DNA of 64,000 nt from an uncultured Eubacteriales bacterium. Lineage in GTDB: Bacteria; Bacillota; Clostridia; Oscillospirales; CAG-272. The stretch lies in the NCBI GenBank assembly GCA_934467415.1, contig CAKSLQ010000010.1, forward strand, positions 9,101 to 73,100, in the 5' to 3' direction. The notes beneath the pieces were generated by a model. That model ran no database searches. It was not told where the DNA came from and saw only the letters and a list, made by a program, of their open reading frames with translations. The translations under genes and the position numbers were made by a program. The first letter of the stretch is position 1, and each line of letters opens with the position of its first letter. Shown one piece after another: positions 27,501 through 37,035 of the stretch.

Positions 27501-28640
27501 ATGAAAAATAAAGGAATTCAAACCCTCGCGCTTTTATTGTTTCTCGTATTCGCACTGACTGTTTTTGCGCCAACGGTGTTGGCTGTTTCCGCTCAAGCTG
27601 ACTCTCTTGATGTCGTTTATCGCGTTGTGAAGGCAATGAATTCTCAGGATTGGGACACATACATTGCTTTGCAATGCATGGAAAATCAGCAAGACTATAT
27701 TGCATTCCTTTCTAATCCGATTAATGCTGCAAAGCATATGGGATTGTTCAACATCATTTCGGCAAAGGTTGTGGAAGTGAAAGAATTAGCACTGAATGAT
27801 GTTGAGGCGTTTTCCCGGATCCAAATATATAAAGAGAAGTATCATCAAGTGGCTGCATATTATGTCGGCGTTAATTATAGTGTATATGAGGAAAGTAAGT
27901 ATTATTTTAACGGTGTGAACTATGCCTTGGTCATTATCGGCGTTGAAAACAATGCATGGAAGATCATCGAAATGTCGGATGCACCGATTGAAAGCCTTGT
28001 TCCAATGGGACTTGGTTTTGGAACAAATAGCGAAAATGTTGCCTTGAATATTATTCATGCCAGAATCTCGGGAATAATAATCAATCCGAGTGGAGGTATT
28101 ATAAGCAAGACAAGAACATTCCGCGCAGTATCGGATGATCATGGAAGACCGGATTTTGTGCGCGTATATCGTACTGCAACCGAAGTTGTTGAGAATGTTG
28201 ATTACTATTCATATGTGAAAAATGTACTTCCAAATGAATGGTATACAAGTTGGCCCGAGGAATCTCTCAAGGCAGGCGCAATGGCTGTCAAAATGTACGG
28301 CTGGTATCACACATATCATCCGAAATGGGGTTCACTTGGGGCAGATGTGAAAGATACCTCGGTTGATCAGTGCTATGTGCCCGGCACTGAAAACGATGAC
28401 GGAACGGCTGCAATCAACGCTTTGAACGGAATCGGCCTGGAAAACAGTGCAGGAAAGATATTTGAAACACAGTATTATGCGGGGACAAGAGATACATATG
28501 GAACCCAAAACAGCGGGAAAATATCTCAATGGGGGTCTAAAAAACTGGCAGAAGATGAATTCGGGTATCTTTACATATGCAGATATTATTATGATAACTC
28601 TAATAAATCGTCAGGGCAAGTGCGTACTTTTGCATATTGA
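27501..28640 (+). CDS. Secreted protein: NTF2-like unknown N-domain plus SpoIID/LytB-like C-domain
   Basis: ATG 27501 follows GGAGG. Signal peptide ..VLAVSAQA. C-terminal half (WPEESLKAGAMAVKMYGWYH..DQCYVPG..GKISQWGSKKLAEDEFGYLYICRYYY) fits the SpoIID/LytB signature. Confidence 0.65.
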   Translation: MKNKGIQTLALLLFLVFALTVFAPTVLAVSAQADSLDVVYRVVKAMNSQDWDTYIALQCMENQQDYIAFLSNPINAAKHMGLFNIISAKVVEVKELALNDVEAFSRIQIYKEKYHQVAAYYVGVNYSVYEESKYYFNGVNYALVIIGVENNAWKIIEMSDAPIESLVPMGLGFGTNSENVALNIIHARISGIIINPSGGIISKTRTFRAVSDDHGRPDFVRVYRTATEVVENVDYYSYVKNVLPNEWYTSWPEESLKAGAMAVKMYGWYHTYHPKWGSLGADVKDTSVDQCYVPGTENDDGTAAINALNGIGLENSAGKIFETQYYAGTRDTYGTQNSGKISQWGSKKLAEDEFGYLYICRYYYDNSNKSSGQVRTFAY

Positions 28641-28734
28641 TTTTCGCTCAAGCATATAGGTGTATGAAACAGCAATTTATTTCGAAGCTGTATCTCGCGC
28701 ATGGCTTCGTGACTTTGAAACGATGGAGGGCTAT

Positions 28735-29778
28735 ATGAGATTGCGCAGAAGAGGGATTGTAGTGCTGTGCGTGGCAGTGTTGCTATTGTGCGCCGTTTCC
28801 GCACAGGAGGCAGGGCGTACACAGGCGGAAGATGTGTTGCTGTTGCCCACGCGCAAGATTGTATACAACGATGTCGAGCAGATTATGCATGATGTGGATG
28901 GAGTGCGAGTTTACCCGATTTCCTGCGGTGACACGACTTATCTGCCGGTGCGCGCGGTCTGTAATATGCTTGGCCTTGACATTAAATGGAACGGTGACAC
29001 CGACACGGTGGACATTCGTAAAAACAGCGCGGATGGCGCACAGGAGACCGAAGTCGAGCATGCCGAGGCCGCAGAATTGATTTACAGCGCGGTGGATGCG
29101 ATAAATGTGCAGGACTGGCATCGGTATGTGGATTTGCAGGTTGCGGAAAATCGTCAAGATTACAGCAACTTTCTGGAATCACCCGACAATGCGAAAAATC
29201 ATGCTGGGGTGTTCAATATTCTTTCTGCAAAGGTCGCCGAAATGAAAGAACTGTCGGTGGACATTGCATCGGGGCTTACAGACATGGATGCATATCGGCA
29301 GAAGTATACGCAAGTTGCTGCCTATTATGTGGGCATGAGCTATACAGTTTTTCAGGAGACAAAAGATGCTTGGAACGGCGTGAACTATGTATTGGTGATT
29401 GCCGTGACGGACGGCGGCACATGGCGGATTGCGGAAATGTCTGATGCACCGATTGAAATTCTGTTGGACAAGGGGGTGGGATTCGGCTCTGCTGATGAGC
29501 GGATTGCCTTGAACAGATTCTATTTGCGGACTGCTGCATCGGAAACCGATGCAGCAGTGCAGACGGTGCAGGCACTGCGACTGTCGGATCGCGTCATTCT
29601 GTATGACGGCGTCAAGCAAGTCATGCTTAATGCGGATGGGATGCAGGTTTTCCCGCTTTCCTTTGGTGACACCACCTATCTGCCAGTTCGCGCAATCTGC
29701 GACATGCTAGGACTACATGTTGCGTGGAGTGGTGAAACCAATACGGTTTTCATTTCAGCTAAAACTACGACCAATTAA
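28735..29778 (+). CDS. Secreted protein: two copper-amine-oxidase-N-like (stalk) domains flanking the same unknown domain as in 27501..28640
   Basis: ATG 28735 follows GGAGGG. Signal peptide LCAVSAQEA. The motifs GDTTYLPVRAVCNMLGLDIKWNGDTDTV and GDTTYLPVRAICDMLGLHVAWSGETNTV flank the shared domain. Confidence 0.65.
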   Translation: MRLRRRGIVVLCVAVLLLCAVSAQEAGRTQAEDVLLLPTRKIVYNDVEQIMHDVDGVRVYPISCGDTTYLPVRAVCNMLGLDIKWNGDTDTVDIRKNSADGAQETEVEHAEAAELIYSAVDAINVQDWHRYVDLQVAENRQDYSNFLESPDNAKNHAGVFNILSAKVAEMKELSVDIASGLTDMDAYRQKYTQVAAYYVGMSYTVFQETKDAWNGVNYVLVIAVTDGGTWRIAEMSDAPIEILLDKGVGFGSADERIALNRFYLRTAASETDAAVQTVQALRLSDRVILYDGVKQVMLNADGMQVFPLSFGDTTYLPVRAICDMLGLHVAWSGETNTVFISAKTTTN

Positions 29779-29875
29779 AGGTTTGGATTTCGGCGCATAG
29801 GTGAAAAATAAGCGCCGCAGCAGCTCGCGCTCGTCTTCCTGCGTGATTTCGTCGATCATCAGCAGAATCGGCAGC

Positions 29876-29975
29876 ATCGGAAAAGCACCCCCTTTTTGCT
29901 TCATTCTACCACAGGAAAAAGTTCTTGGCAAGATGCCCGGATATGCAAAAAAGCGTTCCCTGCGGAACGCTTTCG
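29876..29975 (+). repeat. Island-flanking direct repeat, right copy
   Basis: atcggaaaagcaccccctttttgcttcattctacc...aaaaaagcgttccctgcggaacgctttcgtg. Confidence 0.8.
29903..29931 (-). promoter_or_regulatory. Promoter inside the right island-flanking repeat, firing toward the island
   Basis: Minus strand reads TTGCCA-17 nt-TAGAAT (preceded by TGG), then AAAGGGGG and ATG 29877. The left copy has TTCCAA-16 nt-TAGAAT at 25673..25700. Confidence 0.45.
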
Positions 29976-30127
29976 TGTGCGATCTGATCCAGCCTTCCCC
30001 AAAGGGGAAGCTGAGAGACGTATCGCGGCTCATATAGCTAAGCTAAATAGACTACGGATGTGAAAAAGCTTTATCGCAGGGTGTCATCTGCTTTGCCGCG
30101 CCTTTTCTGCGGCAGAGATTCATAATA

Positions 30128-30159
30128 CAAAAGAACACGCCTCCGGCGTGTTCTTTTGT
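30128..30159 (-). terminator. Terminator of gpmI (bidirectional shape)
   Basis: caaaagaacacgc ctcc ggcgtgttcttttg, 15 nt beyond the gpmI stop. Confidence 0.7.
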
Positions 30160-30173
30160 GTTATGATGCTTGC

Positions 30174-31826
<1,653 letters not shown>

Positions 31827-31913
31827 TTTATCTCCTTTTTTCATTCATTTTTATTCTACCTAATAGTATATCCTTTTTTTTCGGATTTTCAAGGGAAATC
31901 GTTAAATTTTTGC

Positions 31914-32405
31914 CTATTCCGTTTCGCCGCGGCTGAACAGCACGTTTTTCCCGGCGAGGGAGAGGATGCCGTAGCTCGGCTTGCCCGCGCGCGGCTCGCC
32001 GATGCTGCCGGGATTGAACAGGTAAATGCCGCTCGCAGAGTCGTATTCCTCGTGCGGGAGGTGCGTGTGTCCGAACAGCGCGATGTCCGCGCCCGCGCGG
32101 CGCGCGGCGGCGAGCAGTGCGCCCGTGCCGCTCTTGACATGGTACCGATGCCCGTGGCAGAGCAGGATATTGTGCCCCTCGACGGCAAAAACCGTCTCGT
32201 CGGGGCAGTCGCCGTCGAGAAAGGTGTCGCAGTTGCCGCGCACGGCGACGAACGCCATGTGCGGCGCAAGGCCGCGCAGATATTCGATGTGGCGCACGCC
32301 GTCACCGAGGAAGAGACAGGCAGTGCAGTCGGTGTGCGCCGCGACCACGGCGGCGGCGCGGCGGACATTTCCGTGGATGTCCGAGAGAATGAGCAGCTTT
32401 TCCAT
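31914..32405 (-). CDS. YfcE/MJ0936-family metallophosphoesterase
   Basis: LILSDIHGN, GDGV, GNCD, CHGH and GHTH motifs. Start overlaps the upstream gene's stop. Confidence 0.85.
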   Translation of the reverse strand: MEKLLILSDIHGNVRRAAAVVAAHTDCTACLFLGDGVRHIEYLRGLAPHMAFVAVRGNCDTFLDGDCPDETVFAVEGHNILLCHGHRYHVKSGTGALLAAARRAGADIALFGHTHLPHEEYDSASGIYLFNPGSIGEPRAGKPSYGILSLAGKNVLFSRGETE

Positions 32406-34432
32406 CAGTTTGCCGCCGTTCTGTCGCGCACCTTGGCGAAATAGTCGGTGTAGAGCATCTCGGTGGCGACGGTGAATTTGTTCTTGACGTAGGTGTTCAG
32501 ACGCTCGACGGCGGCAGTATCGACCGGCGCGTCGGTGCGCGGCACGGCCGTGCCGCTCGCAGCGTCGTAGTAGACGGTCTCGGTGACAAAGCTGCGGTCG
32601 CCGAGGATGGCGACGTGCTCGCCCTCGGCCAGAATGTCGCGCCCCGAGAGCAGGCGGGAGTCGTAGGGCAGCCCGAGCAGGTTTGAGACGGTGGGCAGCA
32701 CGTCGAGCGTGGAGCAGGGCGCGTCCACCGTGACGGGCGAAGACATGGACGGGCTCCAGATGTAGAGCGCACTGCGGTATTTGTCGGCGGGGGCTTCCAG
32801 CGTCTTGCCCGCAAGCTCGGAGAGCTTGTCCAGTCCCAGGTTGTAGGGGTAGTGGTCGGCGGTCAGCACGATGAGCGTTTTGTCGGCGACGCCCGCGTCG
32901 GCAAGCATCTTGTTCATGGTTTCCAGCGCGTATTCCAGCTCCTCCTGGCAGGAGATATAGGCGCGGGTCGCCGTGGAATAGGGAAGTCCGTCGGAGACGG
33001 CCTTGTTTTTGATCGCCATGTCGTTGGAGGTGAAATTGTAGTACATGTGCCCGCTGAACGTGAGGTAGTAGGCGTGGAACGGCGGGATGCTGCCGCTCTC
33101 GTCCGGGGTCAGCAGGTCGGGCAGGGTCTGCTCGATCATGGAGACGTCCGAGGTCGGCCAGTCGTCCACCTTTTTCATGCCGCGGAAGATCGCCTTGAAG
33201 TCATAGCCCATGTTGGGGTGGGTCTTGTCGCGGCCGTAGTAGTCGCAGAAGTAGTTGTGTACCGCGTAGGTCTTTGCGCCGAGGGCGCGGTATTGGTTGC
33301 CGAGCGCGTAGGGCAGCCAGTTTTCCTTGGCGGCGGTAAAGCTGTTGAAGTCGTAGAAGCTCTTCCAGCCGCGGCCGAGCAGCGAGGTGTCGGGCAGGAG
33401 GCCGAGGCAGAGCGCATATTCGCCGTTGGAGGTGTTGTCGCAGATGGTGTTGTAGTAGTCGGTGAAGATGAAGCCCTCGGTCGCCATTCTGTAGAGCGCG
33501 GGGGTGCGCTCGGCGTCCACGAGGTAGGGCGAGAAGGCTTCGCAGCAGAGCAGAATGAGGTTGTAGTCCTTGAACATGCCGGTGAAGGCGTTCTGCCGTG
33601 TGCCGGTCTGCGATGCAAAGTAGGTGTCCAGCGCGCGCACGCGGTCGTCGGTCTCGGCGGCGGCCAGCGCCGCGAAGTCGGTGTCGGTCACGTTGTAGGG
33701 GTAGACCGTCTCGGGGATGTCCGGCGGGGTCACGGGCGCGTCCGGGTCGGGCGTGGTCTCGGCGGTCGCCGCGGTCTCGATCAGGGGCGCCTTTTTCTTT
33801 GTGCCGAAGAGCATCCCGCGCGCCTCGATGCGCGCCGAGGTCAGCACGCCGAACCGGCGCTCGCTCATTTGCAGCACAAAGGTGTCGTGGTAGAGGTCAT
33901 AGGGCGAATAGTTCTGTCTGCCGCCGAGGGGCAGGCAGAGCACCGTGCCGAAGTGCAGGGCAAGAAAGAGTGCGGCGAGGATCACCGCCGCGCGCAGACT
34001 GCCGCGCCCGCCGAAAAAGCGCGCCGCCGTCAGCCAGACGAGCGCCACGAGCGGCAGCAGCAGCAGCGCGAGCGCGCCGAGGCATTCGCGCACGCCGAGC
34101 GCCGTCTCGGTGCCGAAGCTGTCGAGCGCGGCCGCGCCCATGCCGATCTGCGTCAGCGAGAAGAAGGAACCGAAAATATGTTCATAGACGAGCTGCGCCG
34201 CGTAAAGCACGGTCAGAAGCACGGTCAGCACAAAGGAAACGACCGTGCCGACACGCCCGCCCATGCTGCAAAGCAGAGCAAGCAGCGCGGCGGCCGCGCC
34301 GGAAAAGAGCAGCAGCCAGACCGTGGGCAGCGGATTGCCGAACGCGGATGCGCGGATCACGCCCTCGGACCAGAGCAGCGCGGCGAAAAAATACAGAAAG
34401 CGCCGGAGTGCCGGTTTTTGAAAGAAAGTCAT
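32405..34432 (-). CDS. LTA synthase (LtaS)-family sulfatase-like transferase, polytopic N-terminus
   Basis: Five N-terminal TM helices, then a sulfatase fold (LILLCCEAFSPY..NTSNGEYA..LTADHYP). ATG 34432 has AGGTGG upstream. The track start 34492 has no SD. Confidence 0.8.
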   Translation of the reverse strand: MTFFQKPALRRFLYFFAALLWSEGVIRASAFGNPLPTVWLLLFSGAAAALLALLCSMGGRVGTVVSFVLTVLLTVLYAAQLVYEHIFGSFFSLTQIGMGAAALDSFGTETALGVRECLGALALLLLPLVALVWLTAARFFGGRGSLRAAVILAALFLALHFGTVLCLPLGGRQNYSPYDLYHDTFVLQMSERRFGVLTSARIEARGMLFGTKKKAPLIETAATAETTPDPDAPVTPPDIPETVYPYNVTDTDFAALAAAETDDRVRALDTYFASQTGTRQNAFTGMFKDYNLILLCCEAFSPYLVDAERTPALYRMATEGFIFTDYYNTICDNTSNGEYALCLGLLPDTSLLGRGWKSFYDFNSFTAAKENWLPYALGNQYRALGAKTYAVHNYFCDYYGRDKTHPNMGYDFKAIFRGMKKVDDWPTSDVSMIEQTLPDLLTPDESGSIPPFHAYYLTFSGHMYYNFTSNDMAIKNKAVSDGLPYSTATRAYISCQEELEYALETMNKMLADAGVADKTLIVLTADHYPYNLGLDKLSELAGKTLEAPADKYRSALYIWSPSMSSPVTVDAPCSTLDVLPTVSNLLGLPYDSRLLSGRDILAEGEHVAILGDRSFVTETVYYDAASGTAVPRTDAPVDTAAVERLNTYVKNKFTVATEMLYTDYFAKVRDRTAAN

Positions 34433-34610
34433 TGCAGTCACCACCTGATTTTTCATTATATCAGCCGGTGTGCTTTTTGTCAATCGCGGCATATACTGAA
34501 ATCAGCAGGCTGCGGCGGGAGAGGGAGATGCAAAGCGCATATCTCTGCCGTGCCGCTCCGTGCAAGCCTTCCCCTCGGGGGAAGGCGAAGCTACGAAAGG
34601 ATGGCTGCAT

Positions 34611-34841
34611 ATGAACATTGACAGGAATCTGCTCGAGACGCTGGCGGGGCTGGACGACACGATGCTGGTCGCCTCGATCCGCGCGATCGCCGCCGCAAGC
34701 GGGGTGGATCTCACGGGCGCGACCTTTGAGAAGGCACAGCTCGATGCGCTCCGCACCGCCATGCGCGGCGCGTCGGACGCGGACATCGCGCGCGCCAAGG
34801 AAATTCTGAAAGGCTGTCGCAAAGACGGAAAAGAGGGGTGA
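34611..34841 (+). CDS. Hypothetical small protein (76 aa)
   Basis: ATG after GAAAGGA. Helical, no TM. First gene of three translationally coupled small ORFs. Confidence 0.55.
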   Translation: MNIDRNLLETLAGLDDTMLVASIRAIAAASGVDLTGATFEKAQLDALRTAMRGASDADIARAKEILKGCRKDGKEG

Positions 34842-34843
34842 GC

Positions 34844-35266
34844 ATGGCGGACAGTCCCGATAAGAGCATACAGGAGCTGCTCGGCGGCGGGGGCATCCCG
34901 CAGCTCTTGCAGAATCCCGAGATCGCGGCGAAGCTGCCGCGCATCATGGAGGCGCTCGCCCCGGTCATGGCGGAGATGAAAGCCGAAAAGGCGGCGGCCG
35001 CCGCGGCCGAAACGGCACAAGCGCCGCAAAACGCGACTGAAACAGCCGAACCGGCCGAAACAGCCGGAGCGGCGCAAGCCGCGGGAGCGTCCGCCGCCGC
35101 GCCGACGGTGCAGCCCGCCGCGGCGGGTGCAAAGGCGACCGCCGCTTCGCGGCGGACGGCACTCCTGCGCGCGCTGGCACCCTATCTGTCCGCGGAGCGG
35201 CAGAACGCGCTGGACACGGTGATGAAGGTCTCCGCGCTGCTCGATCTTTTGTCGGAGGTGATGTGA
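34844..35266 (+). CDS. Hypothetical protein (140 aa) with Ala-rich low-complexity centre
   Basis: ATG 34844 follows AAGAGGGG, 2 nt after the previous stop. Conserved-looking ends (IPQLLQNPEIAAKLPRIMEAL ... LLRALAPYLSAERQNALDTVMKVSALLDLL). Confidence 0.55.
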   Translation: MADSPDKSIQELLGGGGIPQLLQNPEIAAKLPRIMEALAPVMAEMKAEKAAAAAAETAQAPQNATETAEPAETAGAAQAAGASAAAPTVQPAAAGAKATAASRRTALLRALAPYLSAERQNALDTVMKVSALLDLLSEVM

Positions 35267-35730
35267 TGTACATCAGCGTACCGAAGAATTACGGCGGCAG
35301 CGCCTTCCCGCACCCGGATGCACAGCCGGGCGGGATGCCGCGGCCGACACTGCCTTTTGCGGACCGCGGCGCACAGGTGTCTCCGCCGCCCCCGCCCCCG
35401 CCGCCGCGCCCGACGATGCATCCGAGTGCGCCTGCGCCGGTCGCCCCGCTCGGCAAGGTCCCGCGTGACTGCCCGCTCCCGCCGCCCGACTGCGGGTGTC
35501 CGCCTCCGCCCTGCGACGGCAACGAGCCGTGCGGCGACGCGCCCTGCGCGCCCGCCTGTCCCGCAAAGAACAAGAATCCGCTGACCTGCCTGTTTGAGGC
35601 GTTGCGCGGGCGGAAAAAGGCGGGCTTTGAAGCGGATGATTTTCTGCTGATCGGGATGATCGCCCTGCTCATGGGCAAGGAGGGCAGTGAGGACATCGTG
35701 CTGATCCTCGCGCTCCTGCTGCTTATGTAG
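35266..35730 (+). CDS. Pro/Cys-rich hypothetical protein with a C-terminal hydrophobic tail
   Basis: ATG overlaps the previous stop (ATGTGATG) and lies 6 nt after GGAGG. PPPPPPPPRP tract, CPLPPPDCGCPPPPCDGNEPCGDAPCAPACP, and tail FLLIGMIALLMGKEGSEDIVLILALLLLM. Confidence 0.5.
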   Translation: MYISVPKNYGGSAFPHPDAQPGGMPRPTLPFADRGAQVSPPPPPPPPRPTMHPSAPAPVAPLGKVPRDCPLPPPDCGCPPPPCDGNEPCGDAPCAPACPAKNKNPLTCLFEALRGRKKAGFEADDFLLIGMIALLMGKEGSEDIVLILALLLLM

Positions 35731-35820
35731 GCGGGGGTCATGACCCCTACCGGATGGTACAATAGCCGCACAAACTGTAGGGCGCCGTCTGTCTCCCGCT
35801 GTGTCGTGCGCGAACAAACC

Positions 35821-35964
35821 AAGCCTTCCCCTTTGGGGAAGGGGGACCGCGCTCCGCGGTGGATGAGGGATTGCAGGCAGCCGGCACAGCTTTGTGCGAT
35901 GCTTTGCCCCCATCAATCCCTCATCAGTCGCCTACGGCGACAGCTTCCCCCAAGGGAAGCCTAA
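35821..35964 (+). repeat. Family-C element, copy 1 (its last 69 bp are identical to copy 2)
   Basis: aagccttcccctttggggaagg...gatgagggattg..caatccctcatc..cagcttcccccaagggaagcctaa. 35896..35964 equals 38637..38705 exactly. Confidence 0.9.
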
Positions 35965-36019
35965 GAAACGCTTTACGATTCGTACAGCTTCCCCCAAGGG
36001 GGAAGCCCGGGACGCGCCC

Positions 36020-36053
36020 AAACAGAAAACCGCCGTGCGGCGGTTTTCTGTTT
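36020..36053 (-). terminator. Terminator of rbr (bidirectional shape)
   Basis: aaacagaaaaccgcc gtgc ggcggttttctgttt. Confidence 0.75.
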
Positions 36054-36081
36054 GAGCTTTTTCTTCCTTCACGTTTTCCTT

Positions 36082-36687
36082 TTATCTCTTTTCCACGCCC
36101 CACGGGGTCATGGAAAGGCGGATGAAGAAGCCGCGGTCATGCCCGCAGACCGGACAGAGCTCGGGCGCGGCCTTCGTCGTCTGCACATGCCCGCAGTTGA
36201 GGCACATCCAGGCGCATTCCGCATCGGCGACGAACAGCTTGCCGCTCTCGAGGAGGTCGGCAAACTTCGTGAACCGCTCGCCGTGCAGCTGCTCGATTGC
36301 CGCGATATTGCGGAAGTCGGCGGCCACTTCGGGAAAGTCTTCGCGCTGCGCCGTCTCGGCGAACGCCGCGTAGACCTCGTCATGTTCCCTGCGCTCGTTT
36401 GCGGCGGCGCTGCGCAGAAGCCCCGCCACCGAGGCGGTGAGGTTGACCGGGTAGCCGCCGTCTGCGGCGATGTCGCTGCCGTCAAAGGCTTTCAGATGGT
36501 CGTAGAACACCTTGGCGTGTGCCTGCTCCTGCTTTGCCGTGAAGCGGAACAACGCCTCGACGACGTAGAGCTTCTGCTCGCCCGCCGCCTTCGCGGCAAA
36601 ATCGTAGCGGCCTCGCGCCTGGCTCTCGCCCGCGAAGGCGCGCATCAGATTGGTCTTGGTTTCGCTGGTCTTGAAATCCGTGCTCAT
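36082..36687 (-). CDS. rbr: Rubrerythrin
   Basis: ATG 36687 follows AAAGGAG. Ferritin-like di-iron motifs (AFAGESQARGRY..EQAHAKVF..ANERREHDEVY) and a C-terminal rubredoxin-like CLNCG...CPVCG. Confidence 0.9.
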   Translation of the reverse strand: MSTDFKTSETKTNLMRAFAGESQARGRYDFAAKAAGEQKLYVVEALFRFTAKQEQAHAKVFYDHLKAFDGSDIAADGGYPVNLTASVAGLLRSAAANERREHDEVYAAFAETAQREDFPEVAADFRNIAAIEQLHGERFTKFADLLESGKLFVADAECAWMCLNCGHVQTTKAAPELCPVCGHDRGFFIRLSMTPWGVEKR

Positions 36688-36760
36688 AAAAATACTCCTT
36701 TCAGGCGTTGGCTTGAAAGGAGTTTCATCGTGCAAATTCGCACAAGGCATGAATTTGTAT

Positions 36761-36872
36761 AAGCTCCCTCGGTGAGGGAGCTGTCACCGCAGGTGACTGA
36801 GGGAGTTTTGCACACTGCAGGACTCCTTCCGTCACGCTTCGCGTGCCACCTCCCTCGATGAGGGAGGTAAAA
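36761..36872 (+). repeat. Family-A element, short form (copy 5), in the rbr / radical-SAM divergent region
   Basis: aagctccctcggtgagggagctgtcaccgcaggtgactgagggagttttgcacactgcaggactccttccgtcacgcttcgcgtgccacctccctcgatgagggaggtaaaa. Confidence 0.9.
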
Positions 36873-37035
36873 TGACGCGAGACGATAGATGAGATGCCGT
36901 TTCAAGTGTTGGCCCAAACGGAGTATGGACAGGGCGCACCGAAATCATGCGCCGCGGCGAAAATATCGCCGCCCCTTGACTTGCCGCGGCGCGGGCGATA
37001 TAATAAAAGAAGTACAAAAGCGGAAAGGTACGGAC

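Noticed and set aside
25741-29875. Island as a prophage, ICE or IS-bounded transposon
   Set aside because: No integrase, recombinase, relaxase, phage structural gene or terminal inverted repeats lie inside it. The only mobility gene nearby is the RAYT-like transposase, which sits outside the left flanking repeat.
29755-30033. Full 92-aa ORF 29755..30033 (-)
   Set aside because: Its upstream two-thirds crosses the flanking-repeat terminator and promoter. Only the last 40 codons (from ATG 29877, with promoter and SD) are plausible, and even those are reported only as a finding and not as a gene.
35182-35964. ORFs 35182..35916 (-), 35289..35822 (-) and 35740..35964 (+), and similar short ORFs over the repeat elements (5500-5700, 7135-7458, 22961-23489)
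   Set aside because: These are translations of repeat families A, B and C or of antisense Pro-rich gene sequence. The same pseudo-peptides recur wherever the DNA repeat recurs.
36873-37035. Looked for a cobalamin riboswitch ahead of the B12-binding radical SAM gene, and for M-box, T-box or other riboswitches in the 5' leaders (42134-42197, 15430-15465, 17554-17597)
   Set aside because: The leaders are only 35-165 nt and are occupied by repeat modules or SD sites. No B12-box or other signature was visible. A covariance-model scan would be needed to be certain.
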